Assembly: GCA_947572545.1 (NCBI GenBank) | Contig: CANPCK010000008.1 | Span: 1-30,972, forward strand | Length of the DNA stretch: 30,972 nt | Source of the DNA: an uncultured Clostridium sp. | GTDB taxonomy: Bacteria > Bacillota > Clostridia > TANB77 > CAG-508 | Direction of reading: 5' to 3' | In this document: positions 1 to 9,328 of the stretch, one piece after another | Position numbering within the stretch: position 1 is the first letter of the stretch | Layout: every line of letters begins with the position of its first letter | The notes under the pieces: generated by a model | What the model saw: only the letters and a program-made list of their open reading frames with translations | The model's database searches: none | Told to the model about the DNA's origin: nothing | Position numbers and translations under genes: made by a program

Positions 1-416
1 AAAATAAAATAATGTCAAGTTATTTTTAACTTAACATTATTATACTAGGATGGTGTGGTATGATTAGTATTGTTAAGAAGAAAAATAAGATTAAAAGAAA
101 ATTGCTCTCTAAAATTGAATGGGCTTGTAGTTTGAATGCTATAAAACTTGAACACGAAATGATATTTTAAGGTTGTTTAAGAATTGTAGAACATACAAAC
201 TTGGCGTATGTAGAACCACATAGAGTAATCATTAAAGATAAGTTATTTTTATTCTTTAATGAATGTGATTACTTTTATGTGGGAGATTTAAGGTATAAAT
301 ACCCTTTATCTCAATTAAAAGACTACATAGAAAGGCTACTTTAATTTTAGAGTTTTTTTGTGCTTAAAATTTATTTAAGTGGCTTTCCATTCAATAAGTG
401 AAAGGAGAGATTTAAA

Positions 417-467
417 AAATGAATAATGAAAGAAGAATCTCAGGAATTTATATTAGAGTGTCATTGT
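417..467 (+). pseudogene. Truncated N-terminus of a serine recombinase (MNNERRISGIYIRVS then out of homology)
   Basis: ATG after an AGGAGAG-like RBS; the peptide matches the resolvase N-terminal motif 'xxxGIYIRVS' and then stops at a junction. Confidence 0.45.
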
Positions 468-1470
468 AATACATAGGTAGACACGTTATCTTCTTCTCCA
501 TTTAGTTCTAGTTTTGTTATTGTAAAACCATATTTTCCAAAGTTAGTACCAATACTCAGTTTTCCATTTGGTAGGTTTTCATTGATTAGTTCCCCAGTTT
601 TTAAAATGAATTTAATCTTGTAAAAATCTTCTTCTCCATTTTCTAACTTTTCACCAATAATGATTTTATCAACTTCGGTATAGTGTTTACCTGTCTTTAA
701 ATCTCCTACATATTTTTTCATTTACAATAATTCTTCTAACAGAATCATGACCCAATTTTAAATTAGATGGACTAGGTATTCCTAGATTATTGAGATTAAG
801 TGCTATTCTTCTAAAACCTACACCTTTGGAATATTCTTCAAAAATATAAATAACAATATCTTTCTTATTCTCATCAGGCATTATGATGTCTTTTTCTTTA
901 TCGTATAAATAATCGAATGGAGCATACTTTCCTACTAATTCGCCACGTTTCATTTTCATACGAACACCTGCTTTTACATTTTCTAATATTGATTTACTTT
1001 CTGCTTGTGCAAAAGCACTATATAAGGTTAAAAATAATTCATTCGATAAAACTAAAGTGTGAATGTTTTCCTTTTCAAAATAAACATGTACATTATGTTC
1101 ACGAAGTAGTCTTACACAATTTAAAGTATCAACCGTATTACGAGCAAGTCTTGAAATAGACTTCGCTAAAGTCAAATCAATTTTACCATTTAGAGCATCA
1201 TTCACATCTGATTAAATTGTTCTCTCTTTTTAGTCTGTGTACCAGTTGTACCTTCATCAGCATATATTCCTACAAATTCCCAATTAGGATTTTCTTCAAT
1301 CATATTTTTTTATAATGGATTCGTTGTGAAGCATAACTCGTTTTCTGATCTTCATTATCAGTAGAAACTCTACAATAAGCACACGCATGAATGAGTTTAT
1401 ATTTTACATTTCCCTTTAAGCACAATGTTTTAGAAGTTGGTGCTATTACTTCAACTTTATTATTATTCAT
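461..1470 (-). pseudogene. Degenerate serine (resolvase/invertase family) site-specific recombinase, in three or more frames
   Basis: Pieces in order from 1470 downward: 'HACAYCRVSTDNEDQKTSYASQ', 'NWEFVGIYADEGTTGTQTKKREQFNQM', 'NDALNGKIDLTLAKSISRLARNTVDTLNCVRLLREHNVHVYFEKENI', 'SVRRIIVNEK' / 'YVGDLKTGK'. Breaks near 1306, 1207 and 722 are small indels, two of them in A-runs, not at CGG. Confidence 0.85.
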
Positions 1471-1659
1471 TTATTCCTTTCCATAATTGTTGAATAAATA
1501 GCATATTTCAAATATTTTATTTACGCAAAACTATACTTTGAATTGTTTAATTTATTGTATTTTGCATATTTACTAATCTATTTAATTTTTTTATATCAAA
1601 TATTATCAAATTATTTATGTCTATGCTATAATTATATTAACATTAACAACCGTGGAGGT

Positions 1660-2715
1660 ATGAAAATGAAAAATAAAACAACTAAAATATTAACAATAAT
1701 ATCTGTCATTATAATAGGCATAGGAATAGTTTGTTGGTTTGGAACTAATTCGTTAATAAATGAAACAGATAATATAGCGCTTTTATTTAGTTTGTTTGGA
1801 GCAATAGCATTAAGACTATTAGTTGTAGTAATAACTGTTGGGATAATTGTTATTATGTGGCTAATATATGGAATAGCAGTTTTATGCAAACGAATTAAAA
1901 ATGATAATTTTAAATGGAAAAACTTAATTTTTGTTGGGAGTTCAATAGTCTTAGTTACTATAGTAGCAATTATTATGACTCATTTGTTAAATATAAATAA
2001 TGGCAGTTTTGCAAAAAGTAAATTTGATTACAATATTAAGTATCAAAATGGGGTGAACATATATAACATTTATAAAACAGGAAAAGAAATTGATATATAT
2101 GCTGATGAACAAGTAATTTGTATTACTGATCCTTGTCCAACAGTCAAATCTATTAGAAAAATCAGTTTTTCTGATGATAATATGGTGATAGTAAATAATT
2201 TTATTGATAGTTTCTTTGAACATTATGAATATAATTCAATTCAAATATTTAAAGAAAATTTGACTGTCGAGCAAAGTAATATTTTAGATAGCATTATTTA
2301 TAATGATGAAACACTATTAAAAAAAGAAATAGATATCTCATCTGATTACTATACAATTATTACAGATTCCAAATATTTGACTATGCAAAATGATGGTGGA
2401 AGTAATTTTAATGTTTATTATGAAGTAGATTTAAATAGTAATATTGTTAAAAAGTTTGAAGATCACTATATTGGTTTTAAAGGTTATGAGTATAAACAAA
2501 AGTTAATATATAAAAAAATTATCGATAATGATATAAGCACTGAAATGGGCAATTTATTGTTTAATTTATTATCTAATGAGGATGTTAATGATACTAACAA
2601 TTATAATCCTTATATAATAAAATTTGATATTAAAGATAAAAGTATTTATAATGAAAGTTCTATAAATTCCTTAAAAATTTTACTAAATAAAATAGATGAT
2701 ATTGGAAATAAATAA
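1660..2715 (+). CDS. Hypothetical multi-TM membrane protein with extracytoplasmic domain
   Basis: ORF with GGAGG RBS upstream of ATG 1660; hydrophobic N-terminal segments. Confidence 0.75.
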   Translation: MKMKNKTTKILTIISVIIIGIGIVCWFGTNSLINETDNIALLFSLFGAIALRLLVVVITVGIIVIMWLIYGIAVLCKRIKNDNFKWKNLIFVGSSIVLVTIVAIIMTHLLNINNGSFAKSKFDYNIKYQNGVNIYNIYKTGKEIDIYADEQVICITDPCPTVKSIRKISFSDDNMVIVNNFIDSFFEHYEYNSIQIFKENLTVEQSNILDSIIYNDETLLKKEIDISSDYYTIITDSKYLTMQNDGGSNFNVYYEVDLNSNIVKKFEDHYIGFKGYEYKQKLIYKKIIDNDISTEMGNLLFNLLSNEDVNDTNNYNPYIIKFDIKDKSIYNESSINSLKILLNKIDDIGNK

Positions 2716-2730
2716 TTAAAATTAGTTAAA

Positions 2731-2772
2731 TGAAAAGTACAATCCAGTAAATTGGAATTTGTACTTTTTTAA
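2731..2772 (+). terminator. Rho-independent terminator
   Basis: AAAAGTACAA...TTGTACTTTTTT inverted repeat followed by T run. Confidence 0.75.
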
Positions 2773-3048
2773 CAATTATTATTTTAATTTGAAATATACT
2801 ATTTAAAGTCCTAATGATAAAGTTATATCTAGTTTATCATTTTTTGTACCCCAATATACTTCCTAACAAGCACTAAATTTTTCCTTCCTAGTCAAAATTC
2901 GAGATTTTGGCCTAAGTCCCAAGCCCTTTATAAAATAGTAAAATTAAGAAAGAAATCTATAAAATAATATAAGAAATAACATTGTAATTATGTCTCAAAT
3001 ACTATATAATATAAATATAATAAACGCATAAGATTGGAGAGAAATTTA

Positions 3049-3825
3049 ATGAATATTGAGCCAATTAATATTTTTGATTTTGATGGAACATTAACTACTG
3101 AAACATGGCCAAAGTTTTGGGTATGGAGCAAAAAATTTGGATACAGTGGTGAAAAAAGAAATGATGATTTAGAGAAAGCACTTGCCGAATATAGAAAGAC
3201 ACACGAAGGTAATTCACTTGAAACTTTTTTTGCTTTTTTCCATGATTTACTTGTTAATAATAATGAAACTCTTACATATGAAGAACTTATGGAAGGTGAA
3301 AAATATATTGAATATAATTCAGGTTTAAATGATTTTATTGAAAAATCTTTTGCTAAAAATTATATAGTTTCTGGAGGATTAAAAGAGTTTTTGAAGAACC
3401 TTAAAATAGCAAAATATTTTGATGGCATTTATGGTACGCCTGTAAAACATGATGAAAATGGTTTGATTTCTGGAATTGGTAAAGTAATGACAGATGATAA
3501 AAAAATATTAGCAATTAAAGATATATTAAAAAAGAATAACAGACAAGAAAATGATTGCCGTAATGTATATTATATAGGAGATGGCTATAGCGATGCAACA
3601 GCAATGAGATTTGTTCACAATAATGGTGGAAAGGCTATTTTTGTTCATCAGTCAAGCCAAGCTGATGAGTTCTATGATTATAATAATAAAATTTATCAAA
3701 CTCTAAACTCAGATGGAATGGTTGATTTTCGTTGTGTTGCAGATTATAGAACTGGCAGTATTCTTTCAAATATTTTACAAAGACAAAAAGAAAAAAGTGA
3801 AATGTTAGAAGATTTTATAAGATAG
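3049..3825 (+). CDS. HAD-superfamily phosphatase-like hydrolase
   Basis: N-terminal 'INIFDFDGTLT' motif I; 'YYIGDGYSDATAM' motif IV; RBS before ATG 3049. Confidence 0.85.
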   Translation: MNIEPINIFDFDGTLTTETWPKFWVWSKKFGYSGEKRNDDLEKALAEYRKTHEGNSLETFFAFFHDLLVNNNETLTYEELMEGEKYIEYNSGLNDFIEKSFAKNYIVSGGLKEFLKNLKIAKYFDGIYGTPVKHDENGLISGIGKVMTDDKKILAIKDILKKNNRQENDCRNVYYIGDGYSDATAMRFVHNNGGKAIFVHQSSQADEFYDYNNKIYQTLNSDGMVDFRCVADYRTGSILSNILQRQKEKSEMLEDFIR

Positions 3826-3833
3826 AAATGAAA

Positions 3834-3874
3834 GGCAACTAATAATTATTAACTAGTTGCATGCTTTTTTATTT
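3834..3874 (+). terminator. Rho-independent terminator
   Basis: GCAACTA...TAGTTGC stem followed by T-rich tract. Confidence 0.7.
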
Positions 3875-3995
3875 TATGTTATACTAATTTCAACAGTTGA
3901 TGAGTCAATTATTTTTTTGAGCAAAATGTGGGAATAACACCATGAAAAATAGGCATATTTTTCGCAAATAACCTCCTAAAACGCTCCAAAGAATT

Positions 3996-4025
3996 TGACA
4001 CTACTACATGTAGTGTTTTTTTTAT
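3996..4025. terminator. Palindromic stem followed by T8, possible terminator upstream of tsaE
   Basis: ACACTACTACATGTAGTGTTTTTTTT. Confidence 0.5.
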
Positions 4026-4041
4026 TGAAAGGAAAATTATA

Positions 4042-4467
4042 ATGCAAAAATATATTTCTAAAAACGAAACTGATACAATAGCCTTTGCTAAAAATTTCGC
4101 AAAAAACCTCTCAAAAGACAATATTATTGTTTTAAGTGGAGATTTAGGCTCAGGTAAAACAAAATTCACTCAAGGAATTCTTGAATTTTTTGGACTTGAT
4201 AATGAAATCTCTAGCCCTACTTTTACTATTGTAAATGAATATAAAAATGAAAATATTTCTATATATCATTTTGATGTTTATAGATTAAATAATGAAGATG
4301 ATTTTTTGGATATTGGAGGAGATGAATATTTTGGAAATGGTATTTGTATTATCGAGTGGGGCGAAATTATAAAGCCTCTCCTCCCTCCTAACACTATTTG
4401 GATTGATTTTCGAAAAGACGAAAATGATGAAAATATTAGAATTATAAATATTCAAAAAGGAGAGTAA
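4042..4467 (+). CDS. tsaE: tRNA N6-adenosine threonylcarbamoyltransferase complex ATPase TsaE
   Basis: 'LSGDLGSGKTKFTQGI' Walker A, 'SSPTFTIVNEY', 'HFDVYRL'; no in-frame CGG and no frame break. Confidence 0.95.
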   Translation: MQKYISKNETDTIAFAKNFAKNLSKDNIIVLSGDLGSGKTKFTQGILEFFGLDNEISSPTFTIVNEYKNENISIYHFDVYRLNNEDDFLDIGGDEYFGNGICIIEWGEIIKPLLPPNTIWIDFRKDENDENIRIINIQKGE

Positions 4468-4469
4468 TT

Positions 4470-5163
4470 ATGAAAATACTTGCTATCGAAACTTCTTGTG
4501 ATATAGCTTCTGTATCAATCTTAGAAGATAATAACTTAATATTAGAACTTAAAGAAACTGCTACTAAAAATCATTCTGAAGCTTTAATGCCTTTAATTGA
4601 TAGAACTTTAAACGAAACCAATCTTTCTTTAGATGATATTGATTTATTTGCAGTAGATAATGGTCCTCGGTTCTTTTACAGGAATTAGAATTGGTCTTTC
4701 TACAATAAAGGCTTTTTGTGATGCAAAAGGTAAACCTTGTATATCTGTTTCTGCACTAGAAGCGCTGGCCTATACAGTGAATGAAGATACTTGCTATATA
4801 TGTTCTATGATTGATGCAAAACATTCTAATATCTATTATTCAATTTTTGAAAAAAATGGCAATACTTATACAAAAATTAACGATTTTAAATTTGATAATA
4901 TAGATAATTTATTGTTAGTTTTAGGTAGTTTGAAAAAAAAGATATTTTTTGCAGGAAATTGTGGAATACTTTATAAAGATGTGATAAAATCATATTTGAA
5001 AAATGATATTTTTTTCGAGGAAGATGCTTTTGTATCCTCTAAATATATAGGACTTGCTGCCTTTGATAAATTTAGCAATGGAGATGTTTTATCTTCAAAT
5101 ACATTAAATGCACTTTATCTAAAAAAGTCTAATGCTGAGGAAACTTTGGAGGCTAAATCTTAA
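4470..5163 (+). CDS. tsaB: tRNA threonylcarbamoyladenosine biosynthesis protein TsaB, continuous only if the C of CGG 4668-4670 is skipped
   Basis: 'MKILAIETSCDIASVSIL ... DNGP|G|SFTGIRIGLSTIKAF'; conserved GPGSFTG motif spans the break. Confidence 0.95.
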
Positions 5164-5164
5164 T

Positions 5165-5594
5165 ATGAATATATTTTTAGAGAAAATGAAACTTAGTGAC
5201 TTGCCTACTATTGACTTAGAAGATTTTGATGATTTTTGGAATATCAATATTTTAAAGGAAGAACTTATGAGTAAATCTTCTTATTATATTATTGCTAAAT
5301 CTGAAAATGATATTATAGGTTTTGCAGGAGTTAAATTTATATTAGATGAAACTCATATAACAAATATTGTAACAAGAATTGATAAAAGAAATAATGGTAT
5401 TCGGTTCACTTCTTTTAGAGAATTTGATTAATAAAGCCAAAAATTCTTCTGTCTTGATTACTTTAGAGGTAAATGAAAAAAATTTTTCAGCCATACATCT
5501 TTATGAGAAATATGGTTTTGAAAAAGTTGGTTTAAGAAAAAAATATTATGATAATAAATTTGATGCATATATTATGACTAAATATTTTAATTAA
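5165..5594 (+). CDS. rimI: Ribosomal-protein-alanine N-acetyltransferase RimI (GNAT); +1 at CGG 5402-5404
   Basis: 'RNNGI|G|SLLLENLI' acetyl-CoA loop and 'NFSAIHLYEKYGFEKVGLRKKYY'; the two ORF pieces join at CGG. Confidence 0.92.
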
Positions 5595-5643
5595 TTTTAC
5601 ATACGAGAAAAGCAAAATTATTTGTTTTAGAAAGGAACTTAAG

Positions 5644-8047
5644 ATGCAAAAGAAACATGAATTAAGTTATAAAAATTTAAAGGACTATTGTTCTATTTCA
5701 AAATTTAATTTTGAAACAACTGCTGAATTGGAAGCAACTGACAAAGGTATTGGCCAAGAAAGAGGAATTGTCGCTCTTGAATTTGGTTTAAATGTAGATG
5801 TAAATGGCTATAACCTTTATGTTGAAGGTCCAAGTGGTGTTGGTAAAACTATGTACACTAGAAATTATTTAAACAAAATTTCAAAAAAGAAAAAAGTACC
5901 TTGTGATTGGTGCTACCTATATAATTTTGATAATCCAAATGAGCCTATTGCTCTATCTCTTCCTGCTGGTCAAGGAATTGAATTTCAAGAAACTATGGAA
6001 AGTTTTATAAAAGATGTTAAAGCAGATATTAATAAAACTTTCAATAATGAAGATTTTGAAAAAGAAAAAGCTCTTATTAAACAAGAATATGAACAAAAAA
6101 GGAGTATTCTTTTAGAGAAATTAAATAAAGAATCTATGAAACATGGATTTGAAGTAAAACCTGCTCAAAACCGGTATATACATGATGCCAATTTATGAAG
6201 GTAGAACTTTACAGGAGGAAGAATTTAATAAACTTGATGATAGTATTAAAAGACAATATGAAGATAAATCTGGTATTGTTCAAGAGCAAATTATGAGTAC
6301 TATCTCTGAAATAAAATTAATAGAAAAACAATCTGAAAAGAAAATTCAAGAATGGCAATCTAATATTTCGCTTCTTACTGTCAATGTTCATATTAACTAT
6401 ATAAAGTCTAAATATAAGAGAAATAAAAAAATTTCTCAATTCTTAGATAATATTAAAAAGGACATAATGAAAAATGTCTCTCTATTTTTGGAGCCTAATT
6501 CTAACAACCAAGCTACTTCTCAGCCACAAATGCAACAAGGTCCTCATCGTGAGCCACCTAAACCTTGGTTAAATTATAGAGTTAATCTTTTTGTTGATAA
6601 TAGTAAACTTGAAGGTGCTCCAGTTATAATGGATTCTAACTATACTTTCCAAAATATTTTTGGAAAATTAGAATATGAAAATTATATGGGCAGTTTAAAA
6701 ACTGATTATACTATGCTAAAACCAGGTCTACTTCAAAAGGCTAATGGAGGATATATCATTTTCCAAGCAGAAGATTTACTTTCAAACCCTATTTGTTATG
6801 AAAATTTAAAAAGAGTTCTTCGTGTTAAAGAATTAGCTATTGATAATACTTTAGAACAAAGAGCTGCAATGGTTATGGTTTCTTTAAAACCTGAACCTAT
6901 TCCTCTTAATTTAAAGGTTATTTTAATTGGTAATGCTAATATTTATCATACTTTGTTAAATATGGATCCTGATTTTAGAAAATTATTTAAAATTAAAGTT
7001 GAGTTTGCTGATGATGCTCCAAGAACTGACGAAAATATATTAAAACTAGCAAGATTTATTCATTCTTTCTGTGAACAAGAAGGATTACCTCATCTAGATA
7101 AAACCGCTGTTGCAAGAATGATTGAATATGCTTCTCGCCTTGCTAATGATAAAACTAAATTATCTACTAGATTTAATGATTTATCTCAGATTGTTGCAGA
7201 AGCTGCAACTTGGGCTAGTATGGGTCATTCAAAGGTTGTAACAGAAAATTTTATTAATAAAGCTATTAATGAAAAAATTCAAAGAGTAAAAAAATATGAT
7301 GATAGATATTCTGAAATGATAAAAGATAATACTCTTTTAATAAATACAACTGGTGCTGAGGTTGGTCAAATAAATGGTTTAACTATTATGAGTGTTGGAG
7401 ATTATAGTTTTGGAAAACCTTCAAAAATTACTGTAAATACTTTTACTGGAAAATCTGGTATTATAAATATTGAGCGTGAAGTTGAACTTTCTGGTTCTTC
7501 TCATTCTAAGGGTGTACTTATTCTTAGTGGATATATTGGTGAATTATTTGCTCAGGATATTCCCCTTTCTCTTTCTGCAAGTATTTGTTTTGAGCAATTA
7601 TATAATGGAGTTGATGGAGATAGTGCTTCAAGTACAGAACTATATGCCCTACTTTCAAGCCTTTCTGAGGTTCCAATAAATCAAGCTATTGCTGTTACTG
7701 GTTCTGTTAATCAAAAAGGTGAAATTCAACCAATTGGTGGTGTAAATGAAAAAATAGAAGGATTTTATCAAGTTTGTAAAATGAGAGGTTTGGATGGAAG
7801 TCATGGAGTATTAATGCCTATACAAAATATCAAAAATCTAAATCTTAGTAATGAAATTGTTGAAGCTGTTAAGTCTGGATTATTCCATATATATGCTGTT
7901 TCAACAATTGAGGAAGGTATCGAAGTTTTAACAGGAGTTCCTGCAGGTAAAAAAGATAAGACTGGTAATTTCCCTGCTGGTTCTATTAATTATCTAGCTT
8001 ATGAAAAATTAAAAAAATATGCAAAAGTAAGTAAAAATTCTATATAA
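5644..8047 (+). CDS. Lon-family ATP-dependent protease-like protein (AAA plus Lon Ser-Lys domain); +1 at CGG 6172-6174
   Basis: 'GPSGVGKT' Walker A; 'DGDSASSTELYALLSSLSEVPINQAIAVTGSVNQKGEIQPIGGVNEKIEGFY'; pieces join as 'KPAQN|G|IYMMPIYEGR'. Confidence 0.93.
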
Positions 8048-8061
8048 GAAAAGTGGCTTCG

Positions 8062-8260
8062 CCACATGTGCATTTTGCTTCGCAAATATGCACAGACTAA
8101 GGAAACTTAACCTTGTTGTTTCAGAAAAATCTGTGATTTTTCCTACACAATAAGAAAATTGGACGTTAGCAAAATCAAAGATTTTGACGTCCACATGTGC
8201 AAAATCGCTTCGCGATTATTGCACTGCCCAAGGTAAATTAACCTTGTTATTTCGGAAATA
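8062..8260. repeat. Two-unit imperfect direct repeat (about 70 nt each) with nested hairpins
   Basis: CCACATGTGCATTTTGCTTCGCAAATATGCAC...TTAACCTTGTTGTTTCAGAAA vs CCACATGTGCAAAATCGCTTCGCGATTATTGCAC...TTAACCTTGTTATTTCGGAAA. Confidence 0.75.
8149..8176 (+). repeat. 28-nt dispersed intergenic repeat, copy 1
   Basis: AATAAGAAAATTGGACGTTAGCAAAATC; exact reverse complement at 13716-13743. Confidence 0.85.
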
Positions 8261-8299
8261 TACTAACTTTGTTAGTAATTTCCGAAGTAATAAAAAAAT

Positions 8300-8352
8300 T
8301 TATAAAAGACTGCCGGGATTGGTAATATACACCAATCCCGGCAGTCTTTTAT
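8300..8352. terminator. GC-rich terminator hairpin downstream of the 8349-8573 ORF (bidirectional)
   Basis: TAAAAGACTGCCGGGATTGGT...ACCAATCCCGGCAGTCTTTTA, perfect arms of about 20 nt. Confidence 0.9.
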
Positions 8353-8573
8353 CCCTTAATCGCCTCCTTCAGCAGGCTTTCCACCGCTTTTTCCACCTTG
8401 AGCTTCCCAGACATCTCCAGAAGGTCCATAGCCTCATGGAACTTCTGCCAGTCGATCAGCTGGGCGGCCTTAATCGCATTGTCGACCTTGTCCCGAAGGG
8501 GATTGTCGAACTTCCGCTTCAAGAGATGCCACCGTGTTGTTTCCTCGATACGATTAAAGAGATTCTTTGTCAT
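8349..8573 (-). CDS. Small GC-rich hypothetical ORF (74 aa), probably horizontally acquired; contains three in-frame CGG codons
   Basis: AAAAGGAGTG RBS before ATG, upstream TATAAT-like -10 and own terminator; GC-rich codon usage in strong contrast to the window. Confidence 0.7.
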   Translation of the reverse strand: MTKNLFNRIEETTRWHLLKRKFDNPLRDKVDNAIKAAQLIDWQKFHEAMDLLEMSGKLKVEKAVESLLKEAIKG

Positions 8574-8629
8574 AATCTGACACTCCTTTTTATTATTTGC
8601 AAAGCATTATTTAGCTCTACATATTAATT

Positions 8630-8662
8630 ATAACACAAAAGATTACATAAAATCAAGTTATG
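8630..8662 (-). promoter_or_regulatory. Sigma-A type promoter for the 8349-8573 ORF
   Basis: Minus strand TTGATT-N18-TATAAT. Confidence 0.5.
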
Positions 8663-8849
8663 GAAAATTTGTGTATGATTTTTTACTTATGGGGATTTCC
8701 TAAACTTTCAATATTTTTAGACATCTATTTATAATTTTATTAGATTTTCAAACATTTTTATATATTATCTTTCATTAAATTTCTCCTTTATACTAAACAA
8801 ACAGGGTATATAATAATATCCTGTTTGTTATATTTCTTTATTTTATTAA

Positions 8850-9257
8850 TTAGTCCATATTGCTTAAATTTTCTACTTGTTCTTTCCATTGTTCAACTGT
8901 TACATCATTTTCTTCCATTAGTTTCTTTCCTTCATCCATAAGTTGTTGTACAGTCTTATTATAGATGTTTTTATACATTATACTTTCATCTTGTGTTGAC
9001 ATATATTCTTCACTGAATCCATCTTTCATCATATAATACATACAAGCATATGCATAATAATAAACTTCATCTGCTTCTCCAAGTTGTTTTTCTAAGTTTT
9101 CAGTTACTTTTTCGTAATTCTCTGCTGTAATAACTTCTTCTCTGATCTTAGATCCTTTTCCATTACTTATTAAGAAAAATCCTCCTACTGCTAATATAAT
9201 TACTAGAACAACTGCAATTATAATGTAAATTATCTTTTTGCTTTTTCCTTCATTCAT
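8850..9257 (-). CDS. Hypothetical protein with single N-terminal TM segment
   Basis: 'KKIIYIIIAVVLVIILAVGGFFLI' TM; RBS AGGAGG upstream. Confidence 0.75.
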   Translation of the reverse strand: MNEGKSKKIIYIIIAVVLVIILAVGGFFLISNGKGSKIREEVITAENYEKVTENLEKQLGEADEVYYYAYACMYYMMKDGFSEEYMSTQDESIMYKNIYNKTVQQLMDEGKKLMEENDVTVEQWKEQVENLSNMD

Positions 9258-9328
9258 GAAAATATCCTCCTTTTATTTTTAATATAAAGGTAGTATATTA
9301 CAAATAATTGCATAAGTCAACATTTTAT

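Noticed and set aside
917-1159. ORF-track plus-strand ORF of 80 aa
   Set aside because: Antisense to clear serine recombinase homology; no RBS or recognisable family.
8062-8260. CRISPR array
   Set aside because: Only two imperfect units with internal hairpins and no regular spacers; no cas genes in the window.
8533-8573. Treating the GC-rich 74-aa ORF as a host gene that violates the CGG rule
   Set aside because: Its composition and self-contained promoter/terminator mark it as foreign, so I report it as a test case and not as host usage.
8184-8627. ORF-track plus-strand ORF of 147 aa
   Set aside because: Spans the hairpin repeats, a terminator and the antisense of the GC-rich ORF; no homology pattern.
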